Assembly: GCA_964344235.1 (NCBI GenBank) | Contig: CAYFMJ010000002.1 | Span: 96,001-160,000 of the forward strand | Length of the DNA: 64,000 bases | Direction of reading: 5' to 3' | Source: an uncultured Methanosarcinales archaeon | GTDB taxonomy: Archaea > Nanobdellota > Nanobdellia > Woesearchaeales > GW2011-AR9 | In this document: piece after piece, positions 19,937 through 30,598 of the stretch | How positions within the stretch are numbered: position 1 is the first letter of the stretch | How the letters are laid out: each line of letters opens with the position of its first letter | Notes under the pieces: generated by a model | Database searches by the model: none | The model's input: the letters and a program-made list of their open reading frames with translations, nothing else | Told to the model about the DNA's origin: nothing | Made by a program: the position numbers and the translations under genes

Positions 19937-20383
19937 ATGGTTGAATTTAAGTTAGTATTAGGGGATACGGATGGAAAAACGTATCAGAAGGAAGTTAAAG
20001 ATGCACACGCTGGTGCTTTGTTAAAAAAGCGAATTGGCGAAACAATTTCTGGCGATAATTTGGGATTTGCAGGATATGAATTTCTTGTAACGGGGGGATC
20101 AGATAAGTGTGGATTTCCTATGAGAAAAGGTATTCAAGAACCTCGAAAGGTTATCTTTATTGGAAAAAGTGTTGGGTTCTCTGGAAAGAAGCGAGCAGTT
20201 GGTAAGAAGAAGAACCGGAAAAACCAGAAAGGCCTTATGCGAAGAAGAACAGTTTGTGGTGAAATGATTACAAAGATCATCCGACAAGTGAACTTGAAAG
20301 TTACAAAGAAAGGTGTAGCGTCATTAGGAGAGGCACCTGTGGAAGAGGCTCCGGCGGCTGAGGAAGCGCCGCAGGAAGCATAA
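19937..20383 (+). CDS. rps6e: 30S ribosomal protein S6e
   Basis: IGETISGD.LG..GYEFLVTGGSDKCGFPMRKG...RRTVCG. Confidence 0.95.
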   Translation: MVEFKLVLGDTDGKTYQKEVKDAHAGALLKKRIGETISGDNLGFAGYEFLVTGGSDKCGFPMRKGIQEPRKVIFIGKSVGFSGKKRAVGKKKNRKNQKGLMRRRTVCGEMITKIIRQVNLKVTKKGVASLGEAPVEEAPAAEEAPQEA

Positions 20384-20423
20384 GAGTAACCTTTTTATAT
20401 TCATTTTTATTTCTGATTCTGAT

Positions 20424-20621
20424 ATGAGTGCAAATCAAGTGATGAATCGGTTGAATCAACAACTTGCTGTGTTGAATAAGCACATAGCAGACTTCTTTGC
20501 GTTTATTGTGGGAAAGCTGAAGAATTTTAAGAATCTCACACGAGGTGAACAAGTTTCGTATATTGCTATCGGTTTGGGGTTTGTATTTATTATAACGTCA
20601 ATAATATTATTCGTGGTGTGA
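20424..20621 (+). CDS. Small membrane protein
   Basis: C-terminal TM EQVSYIAIGLGFVFIITSIILF; lies in the same orientation as its neighbours. Confidence 0.65.
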   Translation: MSANQVMNRLNQQLAVLNKHIADFFAFIVGKLKNFKNLTRGEQVSYIAIGLGFVFIITSIILFVV

Positions 20622-20625
20622 AACT

Positions 20626-21507
20626 ATGGCAGATGAACAAAAATTAGTGTTAGAGTCTCCGGAAGATGAGACCCAGCCGGAGCCAAAGCCTTCGGCCGAT
20701 CCAGACAAAGGAAAGACAAAGTCTACGGCGCGTTCTTCTAGAACGAAGAAGCAACCAAAGAAACCAGAAGTAAAGCAAAGCAACTCGGCATTTAAAGAGC
20801 GGGAGGTTACAATTAAAGTAAACCCTCATAAGCTGATGATTGGGGGGATCGTTGTTGTAGCACTTCTGGTGGTGTTCTTTTTAGGAAGGTTAACGGCGCC
20901 AGCAGCAGTTGTTGAAGAAGTTGTTATTGAGCAACCAGAAGAAGTTTCTAGCGGCTTTATAGATAGTTTTTTAGCTCTCTTTGAATCAGCAGCTGCAGAA
21001 GCTGATGAAGTAGTGGAAGCCGCTGTCGAAGAAGTGGCCGAGGCAGGTGATGAGCTAACGGGAGCAGTCGTTGCTGAGGAAGAGCCAGTTGAGGAAGCTG
21101 CTGAAGAAGAACCAGAGGAGCTGGAACCAGTAGAGGAAGAACTTATTACAACGTATAGTAATGTAGCTCTTAACATTGATAACCTCCATACAAAATGGTT
21201 TGATAATTGGGGGAAAATCACGGGTATTGATTATACTATTAAGAACAACGAAGCTGGTATGATCAAACCACACCGTTTCCTCATGTTGGTAGATGGATAT
21301 GACGATTTGGAAAAAGATGTACCCGTATCGTACAAATCTGAGAAAATCTCTGCGGGAGAGACTCATGTGGCGGATACAGCTGTTCCAAATGGTTTTGCAT
21401 ATAACCCTGCTTCTATCAGTTTAGACAATGTTGTGGTTACTCTCATATTGTACGATGGGGCCGGGAAGAAAATAGCTTCTACTACGCAGGGCTTTAACTT
21501 AGAATAA
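20626..21507 (+). CDS. Membrane-anchored protein with an acidic stalk and a C-terminal Ig-like domain
   Basis: Basic cytoplasmic N-terminus, TM, E/A-rich linker containing LTGAVV, beta-rich C-terminus. Confidence 0.75.
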   Translation: MADEQKLVLESPEDETQPEPKPSADPDKGKTKSTARSSRTKKQPKKPEVKQSNSAFKEREVTIKVNPHKLMIGGIVVVALLVVFFLGRLTAPAAVVEEVVIEQPEEVSSGFIDSFLALFESAAAEADEVVEAAVEEVAEAGDELTGAVVAEEEPVEEAAEEEPEELEPVEEELITTYSNVALNIDNLHTKWFDNWGKITGIDYTIKNNEAGMIKPHRFLMLVDGYDDLEKDVPVSYKSEKISAGETHVADTAVPNGFAYNPASISLDNVVVTLILYDGAGKKIASTTQGFNLE

Positions 21508-21572
21508 AATTTCTTTTCTCTTTTTACTTCTGAAAAAGATAGATATAAATAGAGGAAAAATATACTTTTAGT

Positions 21573-22259
21573 ATGGCAGATATTTTAGATATGATAACTT
21601 CTCGGCGTAATGTAACTAAGTTTTTGCCTAAATTTGTATCATGGGAAAATATATCTAGAGTATTGGATGCAGGTAGACATGCCCCAAGTAGTGGGAATCT
21701 GCAGAATTGGAAATTTATTGTTGTGTTTGAGCCTGAACAAAAGCAGGCTTTAGCGGATGCAGCGTATGAGCAGTATGATATGACTGTTGCTCCAGTATTG
21801 ATAGTGGTGTGCGGCGACACAGAGAAGGCAGAGAGATATTATGGCTTGCGGGGCGAGCGGCTGTATACGGTACAGAACTGTGCTGCTGCTATTCAGAATA
21901 TGTTGTTGGAAGCACATTCTCTTGGTTTAGGAGCTGGCTGGGTTGGGGCGTTTGATGAAGATGCTGTTAAAGCGGCTTGTGGGATTCCTGAGGAAGTTAG
22001 ACCGCAAGCTATTATTGCAGTAGGGTATCCAAAAGAAGTGCCACAGAAGCCGCCGAAATATCCACTAGAAGCAGTTGTATATTTCCACAAGTGGAGAGGG
22101 AAGATGCGGGATCCAGCGAAGTATATGCATGATATCGCTACGATCTTAGCTCGGAAAGCAGGTGCTGTGAAGGAAGCGGTTAAGAGTGCTGGTGAGTCAG
22201 TTGTGGAGAAGGTGAAAGAGAAGTTGCCTGGGAAGGGAGAAGAACGTAAAGAAGAATGA
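21573..22259 (+). CDS. Nitroreductase family protein
   Basis: ITSRRNVTKF, AGRHAPSSGNLQNWKFIVV, LGLGAGWVGAF. Confidence 0.9.
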   Translation: MADILDMITSRRNVTKFLPKFVSWENISRVLDAGRHAPSSGNLQNWKFIVVFEPEQKQALADAAYEQYDMTVAPVLIVVCGDTEKAERYYGLRGERLYTVQNCAAAIQNMLLEAHSLGLGAGWVGAFDEDAVKAACGIPEEVRPQAIIAVGYPKEVPQKPPKYPLEAVVYFHKWRGKMRDPAKYMHDIATILARKAGAVKEAVKSAGESVVEKVKEKLPGKGEERKEE

Positions 22260-22272
22260 TCTAATGGGGCCT

Positions 22273-22605
22273 TCAATTATGTTTAATATACCACTCAGCT
22301 AAGTCTTGTAATGGTTTCTTAAGTGCAAGTCCTTTCTTTGTAATGCTATATTCAACTTTTGGTGGTTTAGCACTAAGGATTTTCTTCGTAATAATGTTAC
22401 TATTTACAAGTTTTTTTAGTTTTAAAGAGAGCGTTCTGGAACTGATTGGTTTTAAAGATTTAAGGAGCTGATTGAATCCTTGCTGTGGTTCTCCAAATAC
22501 AAACTCCCGCACAAGAAATAAGGTCCATTTATCTCCAATTTCAAGCACAGCATGCTGTATAGGACATGTGAATCGATCAAACCTTGTGCGGGGAAGTTGG
22601 TTCAT
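22273..22605 (-). CDS. HxlR-family winged-helix transcriptional regulator
   Basis: CPIQHAVLEIGDKWTLFLV...ISSRTLSLKLKKL...PPKVEYSIT. Confidence 0.9.
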   Translation of the reverse strand: MNQLPRTRFDRFTCPIQHAVLEIGDKWTLFLVREFVFGEPQQGFNQLLKSLKPISSRTLSLKLKKLVNSNIITKKILSAKPPKVEYSITKKGLALKKPLQDLAEWYIKHN

Positions 22606-22658
22606 GCTTTACTTGAAGATACTTAGTCTTTATATACTTTACTTTGTAAATTGCTAGT

Positions 22659-23390
22659 GTGGTAAAAGCAATACTCTTTGATTGGCATGGTGTGCTTGAC
22701 ACTGTAACTTTCTCAAGATTTTTGGATTATTCGACTCAGAGATGGCATGATTTTTTAGCTGAATCTTACGGGGGGAGAAGTACGGTTGCACTATCATATC
22801 AGAGACTTAAGGCGATAACCTATCATTATTTAGAACAAGAGGGAAGAGACTATGCACGGGGCATTATGTCTGCCCACGATTTTTGGAGAAAATGTAGGGA
22901 AGATATCTATGTTCCTGAACAAACGCACCGAGAAATTCAAAGCTTTCTACTTTCAATTAATTTGAATGAAGATCTGTGGGAGTTAGTGCCTCACTTAGCT
23001 CGAGCATATAAACTTGCGTTGGTGTCTGATATGCCCTCAGATAAAGCATATCTTGTTAGCAGAAGGATTGCAGAACAACAACGGTATATTCCTGTGAGGG
23101 ACACACCATTAGTGGCAAATCTTGCGTCTTCTGCTGGAAACCAAGTGAATCATAATGGTATGCTTTTCGACCCAATAGTTTTTTCATATGCTCATGGAAG
23201 GTTAAAGGTCGAAGAGGGATTGCCAAGTCTGTTTAGATACGCTGCCGATGAATTGGGGCTGCACCCACATGAATGCCTTGTTGTTGATGATTCAGAGAGG
23301 AATGTTGAGCACGCTGTTAGAGAAGGGTTTGATACGCTTCACTATGTGGGAAGACCAAGTGCACTTGAATTGATGGCACTACTTGATTAA
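22659..23390 (+). CDS. HAD-like hydrolase (divergent)
   Basis: FDWHGVL motif I, VSD motif II, VVDDSERNV motif IV. Confidence 0.7.
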   Translation: MVKAILFDWHGVLDTVTFSRFLDYSTQRWHDFLAESYGGRSTVALSYQRLKAITYHYLEQEGRDYARGIMSAHDFWRKCREDIYVPEQTHREIQSFLLSINLNEDLWELVPHLARAYKLALVSDMPSDKAYLVSRRIAEQQRYIPVRDTPLVANLASSAGNQVNHNGMLFDPIVFSYAHGRLKVEEGLPSLFRYAADELGLHPHECLVVDDSERNVEHAVREGFDTLHYVGRPSALELMALLD

Positions 23391-23682
23391 GTTCCTTTTC
23401 TGCTTGAAATATATTCTAAGAAATAGAAATCTTTAAATAGGTAAGGTACATTACTAAAACCACGTTTGGTAGACGTGATAAACGGTTTGGTAAATTTTGG
23501 TAATTAAAGTTTGTACTTTCGATTTCTTTCGACTGTTGGTAGCAGACGATAAAATCTGGTTTTGGTATGGAAATGAGAATGTCATTCGAGTATATATTAA
23601 TTTGTATACTGTAGAATACATTAGATAAATCATATTCACGAGGGTGTGAAACAAAAACATAAAACTAGAGGTGGTGTAAAAA

Positions 23683-24750
23683 ATGGATTTTATCGTAGAA
23701 AAGGCATTGGACGCAATGCCAGCAGCCGCAGAAATGGAATCAGTTCTGCAGGCAAACATCAAGGTTGTTGGTGTTGGTGGAGCAGGAAACAACATGGTTG
23801 GGTGGCTCTACAAAAAGGGAATTAAAGGCGCAGAGATTATTGCGACAAACACAGATCATCAGCATTTAAACATTACAGGTGCTGACCACAAGTTCTTAAT
23901 TGGAAAAGATTGTACACGTGGTTTAGGTTGTGGTGGTTTTCCTTCTAAAGGGGCTGAAGCAGCGCAGGAATCATTGATTCAGATTAAAGAATGCATGAAA
24001 AGTTCTGACATGGTCTTCGTTTGTGCAGGAATGGGTGGAGGTACCGGAACGGGTGCAGCACCAGTTGTAGCGCAAGTAGCAAAAGATACAGGATCAATTG
24101 TTATTGGAACTGTTACCATGCCGTTTAACATTGAGAGAGCTCGATGTGATAAAGCTGAGTTTGGTTTACAGCAATTACGACAGGTTTGTGATACAGTAAT
24201 TGTAATTGATAACAATAGACTAGTTCAGATTGCAGGTAATTTACCGATTCAACAGGCTTTCTCCGTAGCAAATGAGTTAATTGCAACGATGATTAAAGGT
24301 ATTGTTGAAACGATTGCCGTGCCTAGTTTGGTTAACCTGGACTATGCTGATGTAAAAGCAATCATGTCTAACGGCGGAGTTGCAGCTATCGGTGTTGGTA
24401 GTAGTGATACAAACAACAGAGTTGATGAAGCTGTGAAAGGGGCTTTGAGCAATCCATTGCTTGACATCAATTACGAAGGAGCTTCCGGTGCGTTAATCCA
24501 CATTACTGGTGGGCCAGATATGACGCTTGATGAAGTATCTCGAATTGGTGAGCTTGTGACGGAGAGCTTAGATGACGATGCAAATGTTATCTGGGGAGCT
24601 CGTGTTGCTGATGAGATGAAAGGGAAATTGACTGTGATGACGATCATTACAGGTGTAAATAGCCCATGGATCTTAGGTAAAGTAGATCAGCAGAAGTCCC
24701 AGGCAAGAGCAGCTACTCTCAGTAGAGAGTTAGGAATCGAGCTAGTTTAG
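23683..24750 (+). CDS. ftsZ: Cell division protein FtsZ (FtsZ2-like)
   Basis: VGVGGAGNN, tubulin signature [23 protein letters not shown] and DNNRL resemble the archaeal FtsZ2 clade. Confidence 0.95.
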   Translation: MDFIVEKALDAMPAAAEMESVLQANIKVVGVGGAGNNMVGWLYKKGIKGAEIIATNTDHQHLNITGADHKFLIGKDCTRGLGCGGFPSKGAEAAQESLIQIKECMKSSDMVFVCAGMGGGTGTGAAPVVAQVAKDTGSIVIGTVTMPFNIERARCDKAEFGLQQLRQVCDTVIVIDNNRLVQIAGNLPIQQAFSVANELIATMIKGIVETIAVPSLVNLDYADVKAIMSNGGVAAIGVGSSDTNNRVDEAVKGALSNPLLDINYEGASGALIHITGGPDMTLDEVSRIGELVTESLDDDANVIWGARVADEMKGKLTVMTIITGVNSPWILGKVDQQKSQARAATLSRELGIELV

Positions 24751-24764
24751 GTATACTAATTACC

Positions 24765-24830
24765 ATCTTGCCCGATTCTTCTCTACACCACCCCCTGTAG
24801 GTCTTCGGGCAAGATTTTTTCTTTTTTGTT
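24765..24830 (+). terminator. Inverted repeat followed by a T-tract downstream of ftsZ
   Basis: ATCTTGCCCGA (24765-75)/TCGGGCAAGAT (24805-15), an inner CTACA/TGTAG stem, then TTTTTTCTTTTTT. Confidence 0.5.
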
Positions 24831-24874
24831 TATTTTTATAATTAGCAACTTTTAAATAGGGTTTCTGACTTCTT

Positions 24875-26359
24875 ATGCGTATGGGAAAGAAGGATGTGAA
24901 AGGAATTACTGTCAAGAAAGATGACGATTTCTCTGAGTGGTATACACAAGTTATTAACAAAGCGGAGTTGGCAGATATTCGGTTTGGTTTACAAGGGTTT
25001 ATTGTTCACAGACCATGGGGTTTCTATATTATTCGGAAGATTTACGAAGCGCTAGAGCAGGAAGTAGAGAAACAAGGACATATGCCATTTCTTTTCCCGA
25101 GAGCAGTTAAGGAGAAGCATTTAACGCAGGAAGCAGAACATGCTGGCTTCATACCAGAAGTGTTATGGGTTAGTGAAGCGGGAACGAAAAAATTGGAGGA
25201 GAGGTTCGCTCTACCACCAACAGGTGAGGCGCAAATTTATCCGGTTTATAGTTTGTGGTTTCGGTCACATAGAGATTTACCGTTTAAGGGGTACCAAAGT
25301 AGAATTAGTGTATTTCGAAACGAAATGACGACACGCCCATTTTTACGAGGGAGGGAGTTTCTGTTCTTTGAAACGCATGATGTGTTTAATACCCATACAG
25401 AAGCATTAGATCAGATTGCTAAAGATTTGAAGACATGCGATGAGGTTATTCGGGGGAAGTTCTCTATTCCATTCTTCTATTTTAAGCGGCCGGCGTGGGA
25501 TAAGTTTATGGGAGCGGATGATACGTTTACACCAGACACAGTTATGCCAGATGGGAAGCGAAATCAACTTGCATCTACACATGATTTGGGTCATAATTTT
25601 GCAAAAGCATATGGCATTAAAGTGGCAAATGATGTAGGAGAAGAAGATTATGTGTATCAAACGTGCTTTGGACCAGGGATTTGGCGAATTATGGCGGCAC
25701 TAATAGGAATTCATGGAGATGACCAGGGGTTAGTGTTACCGTTTGAAATGGCACCGGTGCAAGTAGTGGTTGTGCCGATTACACTTGCCAAGAAACCAGA
25801 GCTTTCGAAGAAAGTGTTGAAACAATGTGAAAGTGTTGTGAAGAAGTTGTCTAAATCCTATCGGGTTCGGTTTGATGATAGAGATTACTCTCCTGGGCTA
25901 AAGTTTAATGAATGGGAATTGAAAGGTGTGCCGCTCCGTATTGAAGTTGGTCCAAGGGATGTTGAGAAAAAGGTTGTGACGATTGTGAGTCGTGCTACGG
26001 GAGAGAAAAAAGAGGTTGCTGCCGGGAAAGTGGGCAGTGTAGTGAAGGAGTTGATCAAGAAACATGCTTCTGTAATGGAGAAGCGAGCTAAACATTATTT
26101 TGATTCTCGTGTTAGGGAAACGAAGAGATATAAAGAGTTATTATCAATCATGAAGAAGCACCGTGGTTTTGTTAAAGTCCCGTGGTGTTCTGTTGAAAAA
26201 GATGGGGAAACGTGTGAGCAGAAGATGAAAGACGCTACACAGGGAGCAAGAGTGTGTGGGACGTTGTATCCAAAACCGGAGAAGGTTGGTAAGGCAGATA
26301 AATGTGTTGCCTGTGGTAAGAAAGCTAAGCATATTGTGTATGTAGCGAAGAGTTACTGA
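24875..26359 (+). CDS. proS: Prolyl-tRNA synthetase (archaeal/eukaryotic type)
   Basis: DFSEWYTQVI, motif 2 FRNEM.TRPFLRGREF, QTCFG, GxKFNEWELKGVPLRIEVGPRD, C-terminal AKSY. Confidence 0.95.
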   Translation: MRMGKKDVKGITVKKDDDFSEWYTQVINKAELADIRFGLQGFIVHRPWGFYIIRKIYEALEQEVEKQGHMPFLFPRAVKEKHLTQEAEHAGFIPEVLWVSEAGTKKLEERFALPPTGEAQIYPVYSLWFRSHRDLPFKGYQSRISVFRNEMTTRPFLRGREFLFFETHDVFNTHTEALDQIAKDLKTCDEVIRGKFSIPFFYFKRPAWDKFMGADDTFTPDTVMPDGKRNQLASTHDLGHNFAKAYGIKVANDVGEEDYVYQTCFGPGIWRIMAALIGIHGDDQGLVLPFEMAPVQVVVVPITLAKKPELSKKVLKQCESVVKKLSKSYRVRFDDRDYSPGLKFNEWELKGVPLRIEVGPRDVEKKVVTIVSRATGEKKEVAAGKVGSVVKELIKKHASVMEKRAKHYFDSRVRETKRYKELLSIMKKHRGFVKVPWCSVEKDGETCEQKMKDATQGARVCGTLYPKPEKVGKADKCVACGKKAKHIVYVAKSY

Positions 26360-26379
26360 ATTCTATTTCTTCTAATGAC

Positions 26380-26913
26380 TTAATTCTCTCCTAGGTAACT
26401 TTTGTATGCGTATTTCTTTGTTTGCATGTCAAAGTATTTTTTGAATAATGCATGGAGGTTCCATACTCTGTAGTAGAATGTGTCGAAGTAGCCGCCTTCA
26501 ATTTCTTTTTTGAGGACTACGTTTCTGTACCAACGACCTAATTTTGCATAAAACGGTTTGCCTTTGAACATCTTTTGACGGTCGTAGGTCATATGACCAC
26601 CGATTTTAACATATAGTCGTGCACTAGTTAGTTTTTTTTGAGAACCATTTGTTTCGACAGTTACTTCTGTCATCTCCCAGATATGCCAGGTAAGGGTGAT
26701 AGTGTGTGAAATGTACTCGGTAACATTTTTGGTCAATTCCCATAATAACTCTTGCTCAGCTCCTTTTTTAGTTGGGACTTTGTGTTTGTAAATTTTTTCA
26801 TGCCATAAATAGCCAAAATTCTTAGCCCAATCGGTAGCAGCGGCGTACAAACCATCTAAATCAAAGAGTCCATTGTATCGTACAGTAATTGGAGGAAGTC
26901 CTTCTGAAGGCAT
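26380..26913 (-). CDS. Conserved hypothetical protein
   Basis: Clean 177-aa ORF with TATA-like TTTATATA upstream; no motif recognised. Confidence 0.7.
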   Translation of the reverse strand: MPSEGLPPITVRYNGLFDLDGLYAAATDWAKNFGYLWHEKIYKHKVPTKKGAEQELLWELTKNVTEYISHTITLTWHIWEMTEVTVETNGSQKKLTSARLYVKIGGHMTYDRQKMFKGKPFYAKLGRWYRNVVLKKEIEGGYFDTFYYRVWNLHALFKKYFDMQTKKYAYKSYLGEN

Positions 26914-26961
26914 AGAACATGGATTTTTTGTGTGTATATAAAGATTGCTAGAACAATATAT

Positions 26962-27411
26962 TTAACGGTAGAGAGGGATCGCTGTTTTAATCCATATTTC
27001 TAAGGGACCAAGACCGTTAATGTGATAAGAACTAATAAATGTAGGTTCACCGGCTTCTCTAGCTTCCTCTCCTATCTGGGCAATACTTTTTTTTCCATAA
27101 TCCCTCTCTGGTTCTATTTTTGGTAAAGCTGCTTCTCTTGGGTCTTTCCCTCCTGCGTAGCGATGAACTCTAACTAACTCTCCTAGGTGTCTGCCTTCAT
27201 ACGGCCTTTCATGAAGTTCTATTGCAATGTCTAAGGGTATTCCCTGATCGCTTCCCCAAGGGGCTTCAGCTTCCCAATAGCCTTTCCTCATGTTTCGTGT
27301 AACTTGCCAAGGTCCAAGCGTTGCATGTATTCTTCCATCCGCTTCCATGTATTCAATTCCATGTTTATCAAACATCTCTTTTGCTTCTCGGTATGGGTCT
27401 TCATTAGCCAT
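26962..27411 (-). CDS. Hypothetical protein
   Basis: 149-aa ORF with an upstream TATA; no motif recognised. Confidence 0.6.
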   Translation of the reverse strand: MANEDPYREAKEMFDKHGIEYMEADGRIHATLGPWQVTRNMRKGYWEAEAPWGSDQGIPLDIAIELHERPYEGRHLGELVRVHRYAGGKDPREAALPKIEPERDYGKKSIAQIGEEAREAGEPTFISSYHINGLGPLEIWIKTAIPLYR

Positions 27412-27472
27412 ATTTTTTTCAGGTTTCTTTCTTTTATATAATTTATCAATCTAGAACAGAAGTTATTTAGAA

Positions 27473-30400
27473 TTACTTCTTACTAAACCCTACTGAGAAC
27501 TCTTTGTTTTTGGCTTTGAATGTGCTTTTATGTTTGCCTGTTGGTTTGGTAGTTAATTCTAATGAGGCTGCACCACATTTTTCTTTGATTTCTTTAGTGA
27601 AACTGTCTAGAAGTTTAGGCTCTGCTGTGATTGTTAGTGCGATCTCGTCAGTTTTCTGTAATCCTGCGTTTTTCCGTTCATTCTGGATGTGGCGTGTTAA
27701 TTCCCGCGCGTAGCCTTCTGCTTCTAATTCCGGTGTTCTGGCTGTGTTAAGATAAATAGTTGCGTTCTTTGTCTCAGCACTAATGAAGCCTTCTGGGACT
27801 GTTTTAGAAATGTTGATCATGTCTTTTGTGAGAGTGAATGATTTTACTTTGAATGAATTATCTTTATCAAGTTGTTTGAGAATTGTTTCTGCTTTCGTTG
27901 CTAGCAATGCTTTCATAATAGTGGGAGAATCTTTCCCAAACGTTTTTCCTAGCCTTGCGGGATCGCCAGTGATTGTGGTTGTCACACCGGCTACTCTCTT
28001 TTGTACTGTTATTATTTTAGCATTCGTTTGACTTTTGATAATGTTTTCAACGTTTTGTACTGCTTTTACTGTTTCTGGGTGGGTGCTTTCGATGACAAAT
28101 TCTTTGACTGGCCACCGTAACCCCAATTTTGCTTTTTCTCTCGTGTACAGTGCAGCCTGGATGATATTTTTAGCAACGTCAATGTTTTTTTCTAATGATT
28201 TTTTGATTTGTTTTTTGTCTGCTTTCGGCCAGGTGAAGTGGGAAATGCTTTCTTCTTTTAGCTTAAATTCATCTTTGAGGTTTTGATAGATGGCTTCACA
28301 AATAAATGGAGAGATGATATGGAACATTTTGAGTGTTTCCAGTAAGACTGTATACGTTGTATGGATGACTGTTTCTTTCTCTTGCTGTGAACCAATAGAT
28401 GACTTATCTCTTACTAATTGGATGTACGTTCGTGAAAGTTCTAAGTAGAGATCTTCTAGCGGTGTGATAACTTCGTCTAATTTGTGTTTGTCGAGGAGAT
28501 CTGTTACGTGTTGAATTGTTGAGTTGAGTTTTGACAAGATGTAGTTTTCTTCGATTTGTGGTTTGCTGTTACCGACTTTTGTTGGATTGATATTGTGTTC
28601 TTTTGACAAATTAATGAGGAGTTTATGAAGATTCCAGAGGATCATTAAGTTCCGTTGTTTGACAGTACATTCATCCCAACTGAAGTTGATGTCTTCGCCT
28701 GCGTTTGTTTGAAACATGTAGTAGCGCAACACATCCGCACCATGTTTGTCAATTAATTCTTGTGGGGAGATGATGTTGCCAAGAGATTTAGACATTTTTA
28801 CACCATCAATGTCTGTGACAAACCCGTTCATGTAGACGTTCTTGAATGAAGGTTTGTCAAATGCTAAAAAGGAAGCGACCATAAGAAGGTTAAACCAACC
28901 TCTAATCTGGTCTTTCCCCTCCAAAATGAAGTCTGCTGGGAAGAACTTCTCGAAATCTTTTTCTTTCTGTGGGAAGTTAAGACAATTCCAGGAAGCTGTA
29001 CCTGCGTCCACCCAAACGTCGAGGACATCAGGAATCCTTTTGTATGTTTTGCCGTTTTTTGTGATAGTAATTTTGTCGATATTTGGTATGTGCATGTCCT
29101 TTACTTTCTGCCCTGAAAGTTTTTCTAATTCTTTGACACTCTCTACAACGACAATACTGTCATCTTCTGCTTGCCAAATCGGCACGGGTGTTCCCCAGTA
29201 GCGTTGTTTGGTAATGGAGTTATCTCTGAGGTTTTCTAACCATGAGCGGAAAGCGTTCTTTGCTCCTTCTGGGTTCCAAGTGATTTTCTCATTGGCGGCA
29301 AGCATTTTTTTCTTAAGATCTTCCACTTTGAAGAACCATTGTTTTGTTGTTCGGAAAATTACTGGTTCGTGAGATCGTTCTCCATACGGATAATCGTGAA
29401 CGTAGGATTCTTTTGCGAGAAGTGCGTTTGCATTTTCTATTGCTTCAATGAACTTATTGTCATCAATTTTTGCTTTCAAATCTGTGAATTCTCCAAAGTC
29501 TTTGAAGAAACCCTCTTCATTAACACAATTAAACGGTGGAATGCCATTCTGGTGGCCAACTTCATAGTCTTCAGGACCACAACCAGGAGCAGAGTGTACT
29601 AAACCAGTTCCTGCGGTATCATCACAGTATTCTTCTGTTAACAAAACGGTGAAAAGTTTAGGATTTTTTTGTAATTCTTTTGGCAGGTGTTGCTTGATGT
29701 TTAATGGGTGGTTGTATTGTTGGCCCGCTAATTCTTTTCCTTTGTATGATTTGAGAATTTTGAACGAGTTGATTTTTGTTTTTTCCATCACTGCTTCTAC
29801 TAGTGATTTCGCTAACACCCAAGTTTCACTTCCTACTTTGACGTCAACATACTCTAGGTTTGGATTAACCATCACTGCTAAGTTGAGTGGAATCGTCCAC
29901 GGCGTGGTTGTCCAAATGATAAAATAGCGTTGTGGGTTATCGGTTGTTTGGAATTTAACGTAGATTGATGTGTCTTTGACAGATTTATATTCTAACTCGT
30001 GTTTCGCTACAGCAGATTGTGTTGCAGCGTCCCAATGCATGGTTCGCAAACCCTGGTAGAGACGGTTTTTTTCGTGTGCTTTCTTTACGAGGAACCAGAT
30101 GCCTTCCATATATTCTTGTGAGATGGGTTGGTAAGGATCTGTGAAGTCTAATGTGAGACCTAACCGTTCGAAATCTTTGTTCATCACATGCATCATGTCT
30201 GTGCAGAATTTTTCACATTCTTTGGTGAATTTGCTCAATCCGAATTTCAAAATATCATCTTTGTTTTTGAGATTAAATTTTTTCATGACTTTTTGTGATG
30301 TTGGCAACCCATGCATATCATATCCCATCCTATCCCAGACGTTGAAACCCTGCATTCTCTTGTATCGGAGAATGATATCTTTCATAGACGTCTGCCAGGC

Positions 30401-30565
30401 TGTTCCGATGTGGACTTTACCAGAAGTATATGGTGGGCCTTCTAGGAAATAATACGGTTTGCCGTTTTTGTTACGGTTTCTGAGAAATTCTGTGGTGTTG
30501 TGTTTCTGCCAGAATGCTAATATTTGTGGTTCAAGTGTTTGAGAGTTATATTCTGGAAATTTCAT
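27473..30565 (-). CDS. ileS: Isoleucyl-tRNA synthetase (archaeal type)
   Basis: GPPYTSGKVHIG (HIGH), WTTTPWT, EGKDQIRGWF, KMSKS. Confidence 0.95.
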   Translation of the reverse strand: MKFPEYNSQTLEPQILAFWQKHNTTEFLRNRNKNGKPYYFLEGPPYTSGKVHIGTAWQTSMKDIILRYKRMQGFNVWDRMGYDMHGLPTSQKVMKKFNLKNKDDILKFGLSKFTKECEKFCTDMMHVMNKDFERLGLTLDFTDPYQPISQEYMEGIWFLVKKAHEKNRLYQGLRTMHWDAATQSAVAKHELEYKSVKDTSIYVKFQTTDNPQRYFIIWTTTPWTIPLNLAVMVNPNLEYVDVKVGSETWVLAKSLVEAVMEKTKINSFKILKSYKGKELAGQQYNHPLNIKQHLPKELQKNPKLFTVLLTEEYCDDTAGTGLVHSAPGCGPEDYEVGHQNGIPPFNCVNEEGFFKDFGEFTDLKAKIDDNKFIEAIENANALLAKESYVHDYPYGERSHEPVIFRTTKQWFFKVEDLKKKMLAANEKITWNPEGAKNAFRSWLENLRDNSITKQRYWGTPVPIWQAEDDSIVVVESVKELEKLSGQKVKDMHIPNIDKITITKNGKTYKRIPDVLDVWVDAGTASWNCLNFPQKEKDFEKFFPADFILEGKDQIRGWFNLLMVASFLAFDKPSFKNVYMNGFVTDIDGVKMSKSLGNIISPQELIDKHGADVLRYYMFQTNAGEDINFSWDECTVKQRNLMILWNLHKLLINLSKEHNINPTKVGNSKPQIEENYILSKLNSTIQHVTDLLDKHKLDEVITPLEDLYLELSRTYIQLVRDKSSIGSQQEKETVIHTTYTVLLETLKMFHIISPFICEAIYQNLKDEFKLKEESISHFTWPKADKKQIKKSLEKNIDVAKNIIQAALYTREKAKLGLRWPVKEFVIESTHPETVKAVQNVENIIKSQTNAKIITVQKRVAGVTTTITGDPARLGKTFGKDSPTIMKALLATKAETILKQLDKDNSFKVKSFTLTKDMINISKTVPEGFISAETKNATIYLNTARTPELEAEGYARELTRHIQNERKNAGLQKTDEIALTITAEPKLLDSFTKEIKEKCGAASLELTTKPTGKHKSTFKAKNKEFSVGFSKK

Positions 30566-30598
30566 TGCTTTTGGGAATGGGAAGTGATTTAAAAAGAT

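Noticed and set aside
23400-23682. Possible small CdrS-like ribbon-helix-helix gene upstream of the FtsZ2-like gene
   Set aside because: No suitable ORF was found in the intergenic region; only short hairpins and AT-rich sequence.
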